The notes below the pieces were generated by a model, which was not told where the DNA came from, made no database searches, and saw only the letters and a program-made list of their open reading frames with translations. From contig NIVC01001050.1 of assembly GCA_002269645.1 (NCBI GenBank), positions 245,683 to 309,682 of the forward strand: a DNA stretch of 64,000 nucleotides. Direction: 5' to 3'. Origin of the DNA: Macrostomum lignano (lineage: Eukaryota). Shown here one piece after another: positions 12,461 to 28,896 of this stretch (within the stretch, counting starts at the first letter, position 1; every line of letters begins with the position of its first letter). The translations under genes were made by a program, and so were the position numbers.

Positions 12461-14648
12461 GTGTACATGAATGTGCACATGTACATGTTAGAACGCAAAT
12501 TTTATTATACTGACTTTATACTACTGACATGACAAGAAGTATGTAAGTAGAAAGTGAAAAGTACATATATGCACAATCATGTGCACTTAATACATGCGCA
12601 TTTAAACCCCAAAAGACAAACGCAGAGCAAAAGACCGGCAAAACCGGTTCAGAAGCGTTAACCCCTTAAGTGATGAAGTCGATTACGAGTGCATTGTAAT
12701 TTAAAAACGAAACAAAATATTTTGCCAAAATTACGCCGACTCAGCGGCCGCGACGCCAGACTAAATAGCATGGAGTGGAGAGGGGAGGCAGCTCTGCCCC
12801 GCACGCACGCAGAGCACCCGCACCTAACCAAACCACCAAAGCGAGGCCAGGCCGGTGCGGGGGTTTCAAACCAGTTAAAGTCAGATACCTGCCTCAAACT
12901 GACGTATTATGTATGCATTTACTAACGTCGCTCTCATTGTCTCATATGCCATTGAGTACATGTACATTATTGAGCTTCATGTATGTCTCTAGCGAATGGT
13001 TGTTATATTAAAGAGACCGCGAATTTTTTTATATCTAAAAAATATGGGAGTCTTGTAAATGAAAAAACTCGAATAAAGAGAAGAATTAAATGAAAGACTG
13101 GCTTTTTTCGATCAAAAGAATACGCTATCAAAAACATAGCGGATCGATATAACAAAGTTTAATTATTAATAATAAATCATTTTCCATTCCTAGTTGCACT
13201 ATATTTATATTAATAATTTCAGAATTCCAATCTTATCCTCGAGACCACAGTTTTTCCTAAAGTAAATCTCACAGCAACTCGGAAAATTACAGTTAAAACA
13301 AAATGGTAAACAAAAATAATTACATTTTTCAGCGGATATGACTTGCTAACTAATAATTTTTTTTAAAGTTTGCTTTGATATCTAAAAAGGAAAAATTAAA
13401 GATATTAAGTGACAAGTAAGAGCTTTTTAAAAATTATTTGCGATCGTTAGGCTTTTTTTAGTTATCGCCGCGCGCTGGGCCGCATCGCTCTGAGATTTAT
13501 CACTTCTTCTTAAAGTCTTTTGCAACTTCAAAGTTACATTAGCACATTTATGCAGCTTGTTTACTTTGGGGAATTAAAAAATTATATCCTAGAACCATTT
13601 TCGATCAAACCAACTAATCAATTGAACGATTGTATTGTTCTTGTCAATATATGTTTCTTTTTCAAGCTTTTATTCTAATGACCTTCTAACAACCATCAAT
13701 TTAATTATGTGCTAGTTTTATGTACTTGCATGGATTTTAATAACGTGTTTTTAGCTTAGCAGGGTTTTGATGCTAAGTAAACATCCTAATGATGCATCTA
13801 AGTTTAAGTGTTATATATTAAATGTTATATCTGGGTTTGAAACCTTAATCTAAATAATTCTATGATTCTTCTTCTTAATTTAATTAAGATTAGGAATAGA
13901 AAGTTTATTCAAAAAATTGATAACACACAGTATTCTTCTTTTTTCCTAAAGTCCAATCATCAAGGTTTGATTAATTAAATTTTTGTAGTATCTGATAATG
14001 TTTTACTACAGTATAGGAAACTTACTTTATTAAGTAGCTAATCTCTTTATTAGGCTTCGTCATACATGCACACTGCTAATACAATGGAACTTTTGCCTAC
14101 GTCATAAATATATCTATTCCCTAACATTTATTTGCTTGTTATCTAGTTAATCATTTAATTAATACAACTATTATTTTTAGTAGGCTATATGCCAATTATG
14201 GTATTATATCTATCCATTTTCTTTCTCACCTTTTGAAATATTTAAACAGCCCCAATATAAGTCATAAAAAGAGATTAATAAAATAAAGTATTCATATTTC
14301 TGATTTTATATTACATGTATGCTTTCGATAAGAATATAATGTCAATGTTTTGTTACAGTCATTCCTATTCAATTCTATTGAATGCATATATACAAGAGAT
14401 TAAATTTTATCCTAAATAAATTTATCTCATTTTTTGAGTCAACAGTTTTATATAACTTTAACAAGGTTCATTTTAAAGTTTTAGCTAGTCTCTGTTGAGT
14501 TATACCTCCTGCATAAGGAAAAATAAATATAAAAATTCTTGAACAGCTTTATAAATTCATATTGACTTTGTCTTTGCTTCCAGTACAAATAGTTTCCAAA
14601 GAATTCTTTATCTGTAAATTAATAAATCAACAAACACACTTAAAAAGC

Positions 14649-19549
<4,901 letters not shown>

Positions 19550-19915
19550 TTAGCCAGTTTTTTAGCCTGACAACGCGATGTTGCCTGAGGACCTGATGAG
19601 AGCTACTGTCTGTCATTTACCTTCATTCAGATAAATTGAATTCCACCAGTACAGTATAATCTGTCAAGTCACAATCTATATGATTAGATTAGCTAGATAA
19701 ACTCTTTTTCGTTGCAACTGACAGTATTTTATTGTTTGTGTTGTGCTTTTTGATTAGCGAATCATTTTTGTCCTGTTATATCTTTGCGGGTACAATATGA
19801 TTGCTTCTTAAGTATGTGCGTATTTGGTCTTAATAAGCACTGTCGTTATGTGTACGAGCGCATTATCACTGAGGTAATGGATTTCCTGGGGAATTAGCGA
19901 CATTGTCACACAAAC

Positions 19916-20342
19916 GGTGCTGGCGCCTCTGGTGCTGGCGCCTCTGGTGCTGGCGCCTCTGGTGCTGGCGCCTCTGGTGCTGGCGCCTCTGGTGCTGGCG
20001 CCTCTGGTGCTGGCGCCTCTGGTGCTGGCGCCTCTGGTGCTGGCGCCTCTGGTGCTGGCGCCTCTGGTGCTGGCGCCTCTGGTGCTGGCGCCTCTGGTGC
20101 TGGTGCCTCTGGTGCTGGCGCCTCTGGTGCTGGCGCCTCTGGTGCTGGCGCCTCTGGTGCTGGCGCCTCTGGTGCTGGCGCCTCTGGTGCTGGCGCCTCT
20201 GGTGCTGGCGCCTCTGGTGCTGGCGCCTCTGGTGCTGGCGCCTCTGGTGCTGGCGCCTCTGGTGCTGGCGCCTCTGGTGCTGGCGCCTCTGGTGCTGGCG
20301 CCTCTGGTGCTGGCGCCTCTCTGGTGCTGGCGCCTCTGGTGC
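19916..20342. repeat. 15-bp minisatellite (CTGGTGCTGGCGCCT), nearly homogeneous
   Basis: About 28 almost identical copies. Confidence 0.99.
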
Positions 20343-22293
20343 CGCTATATCAAATTAAAGACTACACTTAGAGCTCTATAGAGCCAGAAAATCTCGTTGA
20401 ATTCGACAAAAGAATCAAAACTGTCAAAATTGAAGCTACGATTCGTAAAAACATTCAATTGTATTGAATTTAGTACTAACAATATTATTAACTCACTTGG
20501 ATTATTACTCGTAGAAGCCCAGCTGATTTGTTTCTATGTTTTCTTTTTAATATTTTTGAGGTCTTGCGGCCTCTTGCCCCCAGCTGTGTTAATGATGTGA
20601 ATCAGCTTGTAATTATAGCTAGTCTGAGTAGTACAATTTTTGTTGCTTCAATTATTAACTAAGTTTTACAGCCCAGTTGTTTGTTTAAATTTTCACTGCA
20701 TCGTCTAGTCAGCAGCTTTATTATTTTCTTTTAGATTTTTATTGATTTTTATATATTGATTTGAAAAATTATTTAAGTAAAATATCATTATTATCATTAT
20801 TATTATTATTATTATGTTTCTATAAAAAGTAGTACCATAAACTTTTAGCTAGAAACGTCTGTACAGAAATACTCTCTGTGAATAAATCTTATAGAAATAG
20901 TTTTCCAACTTATTGGGTTACCTTATTACCTCTTCATTTTTTAATAAACTAGGTTCCCAATATAAAATATTTAAAAAATAAAGTCCACAGTTCTGGCAGT
21001 TAAATTTTTCAGACAATTCACTCCATCAAATATATCCAAATTGTAGATTTAAGAAAACCATTTTAGTGGCTACTATTAAGATATTTTTTTTATTTTTTGG
21101 AATTTGTATTCGTTGAATTATTTGAGATAGAAAAAAAGTTGTATTTTTGTGTTTTATCTATGAATCGTTTGTGTCGTATTTTATCGTATTTCTTTGTTTA
21201 AAAATCTGTTTTGTTGCAAAGTTCATTTTTTAAAATTTGAATAGAAATAAATGCTTATTATAAGCTAGCTATTTCCATTCTAAGATTAAGACATTTTTGT
21301 GTCTGGCTTTCTGCATTGTCGTGTGATATAATTATTGTAATCTTTGCTTTCTCACAATTATTTTGTTGTATAAATGATCAGTTCATTTAGTTACATCATA
21401 TATCAGATATTTTTCCTCAGAGTCTTAGAAAATGTTAAGGAGGCTGGTTTTCGCCGAAAAATATACTAGCTTACGGAGATGAAAACTTTTCATTTTTTCA
21501 GCAAAATAAATTGTTATTGCTTTTGACAGGAGGCAGAACCAATGTTCATCTTTTGATATGTTTTGCCTTTTTATAGCTTTATTGATATTCATAAAGCTAT
21601 TCGTTCTGAAAGTTAGAATTCGATGTCAATTTCTTCCTGTTCCTAAAAGTCATAAAAATACATGACACAGCTTGACTCTCTTTATGGTTTTATGAATCTA
21701 TTTTATCATCTCTGTTACACATATTGTTATACAGTCAGCTAAGAATGATAAAATAGGTTTATAGAGCAAGAGCTGAGCCGTGCCATTTTAATTGTTTTTT
21801 AGGCATGGGACGTAATTCACGTAGAATTAAAAATTAACGTATAGAATCCTAATTTTCTGAACGAAAGGCTTTATTACGAGCTAATATCAAACAGAGCTAT
21901 AAGAAAAGCAGAAAATATCGAAAGATGAACAAATTGGGTCTGCCTTCAATCGAAAGCAATAACAATTTTAATAGGGAAGAAATAAAAAAGTTCCTGCGTA
22001 GTGTAAAAAATCTCCGCAGTGTATTTTTCGGCGAAAACCAGCTTCCTTAATTTTGTCTAAGAATTAACATAGTTTGTCGTCCTTCTACTTGAGTAGTCGT
22101 TGAGTTTTCATTTGAAATTCTCGATCCCAAATTTAAAATAAAAATTAGACAGCAAATCAATGAAGTTCTGCGACTAGAATACACTAACATACGTGCAGTT
22201 TTAAATTCTCTACATGATTGTCTTTTAGCCAGAGAGCTGCTGCAGAATTGTGAATAACACAAAAGTTGTTTTACTGTTTGCAGCAAAGTTGTA

Positions 22294-23490
22294 ATGCACT
22301 CGTCTCGATCTCAACGGGCCTTATCTACTCACGGTAAAATGACTCGAAGACGTATGCAGCTTGAGCAACGAACCCGCCGCTCGAGTCCTACAGGTCGCAG
22401 CCGCAGTCCGGGACTCGAATCGTGCAATCAGTGCGGCATGATCTACTCAGCCGCTCGCTCGTCCGACGTGCAAAAACACCTTCGTTTCCATAGCAACCGA
22501 CTAGACGCCTGCGTCGATTATAACAAAAATCTTTGGCGCGAGCGTCAACCAATTGTGAAAGCGTTTTTCAACGGCGACAGAATTGTTCGTATCGGCAATG
22601 ATTATCGTCCATCGGCCGCCGAGCTCGCCGCCGTTCGTCTGATGCGACGCGACCTGGCTGGCGTCGGAGCCGGCGACCTCGAGGACGACAACGACGTGAC
22701 CTGCTGGCGAGAGGCCGGACTTCCCGACCGGCTGGCGCTGATGTTTGTCCGGCCGGGCTGCGGTATCGTCGGCTGCTGCTTGGTTGAGCCGATTCGGCGA
22801 GCTTATCGGATTGCTCTGCCTGGTGGAAACGATAAAAACGCTGGAACGAGAAATGCTATCAGCAACGGAAGTAATTCTGGACTCCGTAAGGATTTAGGCG
22901 CCGGAAATTGCATTGGAGATGCTGGTACCGGAAGTTGCATTGGAGATGCTGGTACCGGAAGTTGCTTTGGAGATGCTGGTACCGGAAGTTGCATTGGAGA
23001 TGCTGGTACCGGAAGTTGCATTGGAGATGCTGGTACCGGAAGTTGCATTGGAGATGCTGGTACCGGAAGTTGCATTGGAGATGCTGGCACCGGAAGTTGC
23101 ATTGGAGATGCTGGTACCGGAAGTTGCATTGGAGATGCTGGTACCGGAAGTTGCATTGGAGATGCTGGTACCGGAAGTTTCGACGGAAACGTCAATGTCG
23201 GAAACTGTAATGGAGAGTTGGATCAAATTGTAAAGTCCAGAAGTCCACCACTAGCTTACTATCAATCCGAGATTCTCGTGCCAGCCTCATGCGGCATCTA
23301 CCAGATCTGGTGTCGTTCAGATCAGCGACGAACTGGCGTGGCGACGGCCCTGCTGGACGCGGCTCGCCAGGCTCTGTGTCCGGGCCTGCTGCCCGACAGA
23401 AAACGCGTGGCATTCTGCTCGCCCAGTCCTAGCGGCTATCTGCTAGCTAGGGACTATGTCGGCGGGGACGAGTGGGTGCTGGTGTACTGA
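22294..23490 (+). CDS. ESCO2: Eco1/ESCO cohesin N-acetyltransferase (C2H2 zinc finger + GNAT domain) with an in-frame 10 x 9-aa repeat; 5' end uncertain
   Basis: Zinc finger CNQCGMIY...DVQKHLRFH; GNAT motif CGIYQIWCRSDQRRTGVATALLD...AFCSPSPSG. ESCO1 versus ESCO2 orthology cannot be resolved here. Confidence 0.88.
   Translation: MHSSRSQRALSTHGKMTRRRMQLEQRTRRSSPTGRSRSPGLESCNQCGMIYSAARSSDVQKHLRFHSNRLDACVDYNKNLWRERQPIVKAFFNGDRIVRIGNDYRPSAAELAAVRLMRRDLAGVGAGDLEDDNDVTCWREAGLPDRLALMFVRPGCGIVGCCLVEPIRRAYRIALPGGNDKNAGTRNAISNGSNSGLRKDLGAGNCIGDAGTGSCIGDAGTGSCFGDAGTGSCIGDAGTGSCIGDAGTGSCIGDAGTGSCIGDAGTGSCIGDAGTGSCIGDAGTGSCIGDAGTGSFDGNVNVGNCNGELDQIVKSRSPPLAYYQSEILVPASCGIYQIWCRSDQRRTGVATALLDAARQALCPGLLPDRKRVAFCSPSPSGYLLARDYVGGDEWVLVY
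22903..23179 (+). repeat. Coding 27-bp minisatellite, 10 copies, (CIGDAGTGS)n
   Basis: Unit GCATTGGAGATGCTGGTACCGGAAGTT keeps the ESCO frame. Confidence 0.97.
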
Positions 23491-23750
23491 TGGTGGGTGC
23501 TGCTGTACTGATGGTGGGTGCTGGTGTACTGATGGTGGGTGCTGCTGTACTGATGGTGGGTGCTGGTGTACTGATGGGGTGGGTGCTGGTGTAAAGATGA
23601 AGTGGGTGCTGGTGTACTGATGGTGGGTGCTGGTGTACTGATGGGGTGGGTGCTGGTGTAAAGATGAAGTGGGTGCTGGTGTACTGATGGTGGGTGCTGG
23701 TGTACTGATGGGGTGGGTGCTGGTGTAAAGATGGGTGCTGACGTACTGAT
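23472..23750. repeat. ~21-bp minisatellite (TGGTGGGTGCTGGTGTACTGA) whose first unit is the ESCO C-terminus and stop codon
   Basis: The last codons TGG GTG CTG GTG TAC TGA are reiterated downstream. Confidence 0.93.
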
Positions 23751-24464
23751 AAGGCTTCTGAAGCCCAATAATTTTGTGCTTTGAAATCAAGAGTTTTCCT
23801 AAGTCTCGTCTGTAAAGTGCATTTCAATAATTTCGCATCATAATTTTGAAGTATATATTTAGCAGCAGATGTTTTGATGTGTTCCAATCTTTTATAGTTG
23901 AATTGGTTTTTTCAATTGAAAGTTTTTCATAGAAATTAAATATTCTGAATGCAGTGCAGAATCTACGATATTTGTAGTTTTTTTTCAAATATTCTAAACC
24001 TGACAGACAATGACCATAGTTCGTTGCATTTCAAACTATCTAATTTTGTTTTAACATGTACGAGTATTAAATACAAAATGCCAAAACCAGTTTTTGCAGT
24101 CCTCAAACTTTTATAATTTGATTACAAACTTTTCATAAAGTTCCTTCACTTTGTGTACTTTACTTAATCTATTAAAGTAATAATCGTACGCCAAACTTAC
24201 TTAAGCAGTATAAGAGTGTGTTAAAATGTTACTCTTTAACGTGGGCCTACGTGAAGTAATCATCTTACCAAGTCACAATCATGCGAATACTCTTGAAAGG
24301 ACTTAAAGAACAACTCCAAAAACTTGAGAATCGCCTGTCTGCCAATGGCCGACCTTTCTTTGGCCTTTCTAGTTTTCCCGTCTTCCTTGTCCTCACTATT
24401 CATCTCTGTGGGCTACAAAGCATCAAGTATGATTTCAATATACGGTAGTCATTAGTTTGCCTTA

Positions 24465-26421
24465 TCAACGCGTACTCCTCGGCTCCGGACGATAGACTGT
24501 CCGCACGTACCAATCAAAACTGTGACATCGCAGCCGCTGTCGCAGGGCTACTCTGTCAGACACGTCGCCAATATCAGCCGGTGGAGGCCCGCCTTGTCGG
24601 TAGTGCATCCTTGCGTAGCCGTCCATCCACACCCGAGCTAGTCTAGCCGTATTCCTACGAAACGTATCGCCTCCGTTATTGCCGAAGCTGTACGGAAACT
24701 TGTGCCGAAACACGTGACCAACTATTGAGCAGGGGTGGATCTCTACTCTGCCGCCGCACATCCAGGCTTTGAAGCTTAGCTCGAGATTCTCGGCGCCCCA
24801 GACGTTGAATCCGGGATCATAGCCGCCTAGGCGGTAGAAATTGGCTCGCATGATGGCAAACAGGCCGCCAGCCATGGTGGGACTGGCCACCGGCTCGGTG
24901 CTGTTCAGCGGTGGCCTCGGTCTCAGCCGTCGCCAGACAAACTGCAATGTCCAGTCGAAACCGCCGATTAGAAAGAACGTTCGAGGCGGAGGCCTGAACT
25001 CAAATGTCTTGTCGTCGATGGTGGCAATGACTGGGGTCACCACGGCGAGAGGTTTGACGGCGAGTCGGCGTAGCAGAGGCGACAGCCAGCCAGGTGCGCA
25101 CTCGCAATGCGAGTCCAGGAACACCAGAGCAGCGGCTTTGGCGGCGCGAGCGCCCAGAAGACGAGCCCGGATGAGACCTTGACGAGTGTCGGTGCGCATT
25201 ACGCGAACTCTACCGCCGTACCTGCAAGGTACATTTTATTGCCCCAATTTGGCAGCCGAGCATTTATTTGACTTCCAGACACTTACATGACACTACTCAG
25301 CAATTGACTCCCTTGTTGGCTTTAAACCCCAACCAAAATTTCAACCCTAATTTAACCCCTAAGCCCAACCCGAGGGGTTGTAGCCTACTCTCGTAGTGGT
25401 TATAGCGTCAGACTCACGACTGAAAGGTTGGGGGTTCGATTCTCGACCCATTCGGAACAATTTGTGCCCTTGAGCAAGACACTTAACTCTGCATTGCTTC
25501 AGTTCACCCAGCTGTAAAATGGGTGCCAGCATTAGCTGGGGTAAATGGGGATTGGAGTGGCGACCCCCCCCCCAGTCCTTGGACTGAACAGCCGTACGCA
25601 GCTTTCAGATGCGCCGCGCAATTCAGCCGCGGCTGAGCTGTCGGTTGCACATCTGCCCATTAGGACAGGTGTAAATGTAATAAACTATTGTTGTCATTAA
25701 GCCCTAACGTAAGCCGCTACCTACCTAGGTAAATTAAGTCCGTATCTAAACCTTTACCTTTATAGACTTAAACTAACCAAACCCTAACATCGATCTCTGG
25801 CTTTCTGCAATTCCGTGCATGAGGGTTGGTTCTAAAGGCGCTCAAATCGCAGGACAATAATTTTCGTGCACTGTAAAGTGGAATTTAAGCACGAACACAG
25901 TAGGGCGTTCAATGAAAACAATCAGTAACTGAAAACCTCTCTTTCTTAAGCTGTACTTCAAGCGGCTTTCCCAGATGTTCCAATGTCGAAGCGTCGTCTA
26001 CTAGAAGGATCTCGGCAACTGATTCTCTCGGCGACCTGTTGAGCACCGAGTGTACAGTTCTGAGCAGTACACTCCAGGCTTCGTTGTGAAAGCAGATTAT
26101 TACAGAGGCTTGAGGCATTATGACGTCATTGTCACTGTCAGCGGCTAATCGACACGCTTGGGATCTGGGATCTCCGATATCGCGATCGGGGCTAATCAGC
26201 CGACTTGCTGACTCGTTGAACTGATAGAGTCGCCAGCCTTGGGCTTCGTCAGGCTCCCTTGTTGTTGACGGTCTAGGATCTGCAGTCTGGTGCATCAACT
26301 TCAACGAGCCGACTAGCCAGTAAGACCAGACAGCTCCCAGCACGGACCAACCGAGAACTCTTAGAATTGTCCATAGAAGCCTTCGCCTTCTGCGGCTTTG
26401 GTTCTTGCTGGCGCCGTTCAT
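24465..26421 (-). CDS. GALNT: Polypeptide N-acetylgalactosaminyltransferase (GT27) without a ricin lectin domain. Exons 26421-25937, 25221-24465
   Basis: Type II TM anchor; ASVIICFHNEAWSVLLRTVHSVLNRSP; FLDSHCEC; TMAGGLFAI; WGAENLELSFKAWMCGG; GHVFR. Phase-2 GT-AG junction gives KER-YGGRVRV. Confidence 0.93.
25374..25685 (+). mobile_element. tRNA-derived SINE with CORE-like domain, in the GALNT intron (antisense)
   Basis: A-box-like CGTAGTGGTTATAGCG and B-box GGTTCGATTC, followed by TGTGCCCTTGAGCAAGACACTTAACTCT...TTCAGTTCACCCAGCTGTAAAATGGG (25463-25523), which resembles the MIR CORE. Ends are approximate. Confidence 0.72.
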
Positions 26422-27222
26422 GGTTCTTTTTGTCTGCTTTTTGCAAGTTTTTGGTGACCTAGCAAATTTTATCTGGCTTTGAGCAGAGAGTTGAGTCAGT
26501 CTTTTTATTCTGGAAGATTATTTTTCCCGTCTTGGGGGGGGGGGATCGGCTTGGGGCATTGCTTTAAAAATTGCAACAATAGATAGACACCTGTCTTTTG
26601 CTATTCTTCCCTGGATTCACTTGACATGAATGAATAACGCTTTCTTTGGTATGGCGGCTTTTGTTCAAATTAATAATAGTCTTTCGTTTACCCGTTTAAG
26701 CAATGAGAACTTCAATTTTGGACACCCCAAGCAGGAGGCTCCTAGGTAAACTCACAGCTCTTGCAAATCTTAAATGAGGCTGATTTTCGTTGTAAAAATA
26801 GTTCACAAAATCACGTTTCGTTCGACAATGTACCCACAAGTTTGTAAGGCAATTTTCATGAAATGCTACCCAAGACCGGTGAGCAAGCAGAGTTCCGAAG
26901 AAATTCCTCTTGTTCCGCGAAGTTGTCAATAGCTCCTATTCAGCGCTATGAAAAAGCTAATGTAACTCGTCTGCAAAAATGTTTTTTGTTGTTGCAGTTA
27001 CTAAGAGGCGTAGTAGTACGAATACAAAAAGCATTATACCAAACCGAAGAAATTAAATTCAAGAAATTTTCCGGATCTGTCTTCAGATTAGTTAAAATTT
27101 TTTGAGGATATTACTCACTACTTACTACTCACTAATAAGCGCATTTAAGAGCATACTTACTTAACTACTTAAACAATTCTTAGAAAATCAAGTCGAGCGC
27201 CCCCATGACAAGTGCAATGAAA

Positions 27223-28896
27223 TCAAGACGAACTAAAAGCACTCAAGCTGTCAAATGTACTGACAATTTCCATCTCCTTTGATTCCTTCTGCTTTTTCTT
27301 CTCTTCGACCTTTGACTTTCCCAAGCAGAAAATGACCAGGTCGTGCAGGAACTGGACAATCTCGCAGGCGGTGAGCACGGACATGCCCAGGTAGATGCCC
27401 AGAATTCCGCCCAAGTCGGCCACGAAGCTCTCCAAGCTGTAAGCTCGAGTGAAGATGATCCGGTTCGATCTAGACTTCTCAACGGCGATCTGCATCTGCA
27501 GCATGTTGGCCCGGAGGTAGTCTGCCAGCTCTTGACTGTAGTTTTTAGTAGCAAAAATTTTCTCTAAGTACTTTAACGCAGTCATGGTACAGTCTGACCT
27601 GTTTTGGGAATAAATCAACAAGCCTTCCAAGTCGTCAATGATGCTCTCGACTAGCCAAAGAGTGCTTCGAACAGTTGCTGTGTAAATCTGTTCAGTGCAA
27701 GGACGTAAGTTGACGCAACGTTCAAATGGTTCTTCGATTTTTAACTCTGATTTCTTCTCCAAGTAGTTTTTAATGTCCTCCGTGCTTTGGCCCCAACGGC
27801 TGCTGAGGTTAAACAGCAAGCGGTCGGAGGGTGGCCACGGCTGCGGGAGGTACCCCAACGAGGCATTGAGCACTCGCCTGAACTGGGCCTGCATCGCACT
27901 CAGGTAGCAGTAGCCGTAGTTGTAGACCACCGGGTACGCAGAGTTGTCGAACGGGTTCACAATATTCACGCTCGGGTGGCTCTCAACGCATCGATTCGGG
28001 TCTTCCCTGTGCACCTGCTCCTCCATCTCGAGCTGGATGCTGTAGCTGCGACCGCTCTCGAGTACCATTGATTCGTCGAAGTCGGTCGGATAGTGACCGG
28101 GACTGGTGATGTAGACTCGAATGGTCGAGCTGCGGACCTTTGAGGACAGGCTAACTCTGTCCAACGCCCAGTAGGGTGCGGTGAAGTTTCCAAACTCGTT
28201 GCTGACAACTGGTAGAATTGGACGGCCCATTCGTAAGTCTGGAGCGTCCATCATTGCCATGATGTACAAGACGTCGTCTGGTCCAGCGATTCGCATAACT
28301 TCTCGCTGCGTGACATTTAGCGAAATCTTGAAGCAACGGAGATACTTCGGATGATAAAACGGCTTTCCTTCCAGCAGCATTTGGTAATAGTCTAGTCCGT
28401 TGGTTCTCGCTAGGGTCGCCACTATGATCGACTGCTCTTTTATATGGCCCAATTCGTTCACTAGCCGATTGTAAGGCAGCGAGTTGAGCCGCAGCTCAGC
28501 TGAGTCCAACTTGATCGCGTCGCAGTACTCCTCGGGCAGCTGACTGCACCAGCTCTCCGTGGTCGCTTTCGCTGACTGTAGCGTCCAGTTGGCCAGCGCA
28601 GCAAACTCCGGGCTCACCTCCAAGTGCCGGCTGCCGGACATGGGGTTGTCGAAGCAAAAGTACAGATCCGGGTACTGGAACGGCACCTCGTCGACTCGAA
28701 GGTTTGTAGTGACGTCATTCGCCTGGAGACGGATAATGAAGCCGACCAGCTGGCGGATGAAGAAACCACAGCAGATCAGCCAGGCAATCAGCCACAGGAC
28801 TCTCGTGTACAGCCGCTTTTCAGTGACTAGACGGGCTAGCGCGTGAGCGTTGGTTCTCTCAAGGGCCTGCGCTACAAGCTGACCTACAGAATTCAT
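27223..28896 (-). CDS. DEG/ENaC (amiloride-sensitive sodium channel family) subunit, single exon
   Basis: Pre-TM1 TNAHAL, TM1, YPDLYFC, and TM2 ESFVADLGGILGIYLGMSVLTACEIV. Confidence 0.92.
   Translation of the reverse strand: MNSVGQLVAQALERTNAHALARLVTEKRLYTRVLWLIAWLICCGFFIRQLVGFIIRLQANDVTTNLRVDEVPFQYPDLYFCFDNPMSGSRHLEVSPEFAALANWTLQSAKATTESWCSQLPEEYCDAIKLDSAELRLNSLPYNRLVNELGHIKEQSIIVATLARTNGLDYYQMLLEGKPFYHPKYLRCFKISLNVTQREVMRIAGPDDVLYIMAMMDAPDLRMGRPILPVVSNEFGNFTAPYWALDRVSLSSKVRSSTIRVYITSPGHYPTDFDESMVLESGRSYSIQLEMEEQVHREDPNRCVESHPSVNIVNPFDNSAYPVVYNYGYCYLSAMQAQFRRVLNASLGYLPQPWPPSDRLLFNLSSRWGQSTEDIKNYLEKKSELKIEEPFERCVNLRPCTEQIYTATVRSTLWLVESIIDDLEGLLIYSQNRSDCTMTALKYLEKIFATKNYSQELADYLRANMLQMQIAVEKSRSNRIIFTRAYSLESFVADLGGILGIYLGMSVLTACEIVQFLHDLVIFCLGKSKVEEKKKQKESKEMEIVSTFDSLSAFSSS

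Noticed and set aside
12659-13040. TTAACCCCTT (piggyBac-like) and TTAAAGAGAC (Kolobok-like) termini
   Set aside because: I could not find matching opposite ends.
19903-20381. Repeat-derived ORFs (LAPLV, WCWRL, SVCL, VHSCSLLFT, NPESQH, TNPPIY, EDQITSG, etc.)
   Set aside because: These are stop-free readings of tandem DNA, open in several frames at once, and mostly intronic.
23472-23750. Chi-like GCTGGTG or shared TGGCG cores in several arrays
   Set aside because: The words are too short for significance, and many arrays lack them.
25385-25452. Functional tRNA gene
   Set aside because: Acceptor and anticodon stems pair poorly and the sequence runs into a SINE body.
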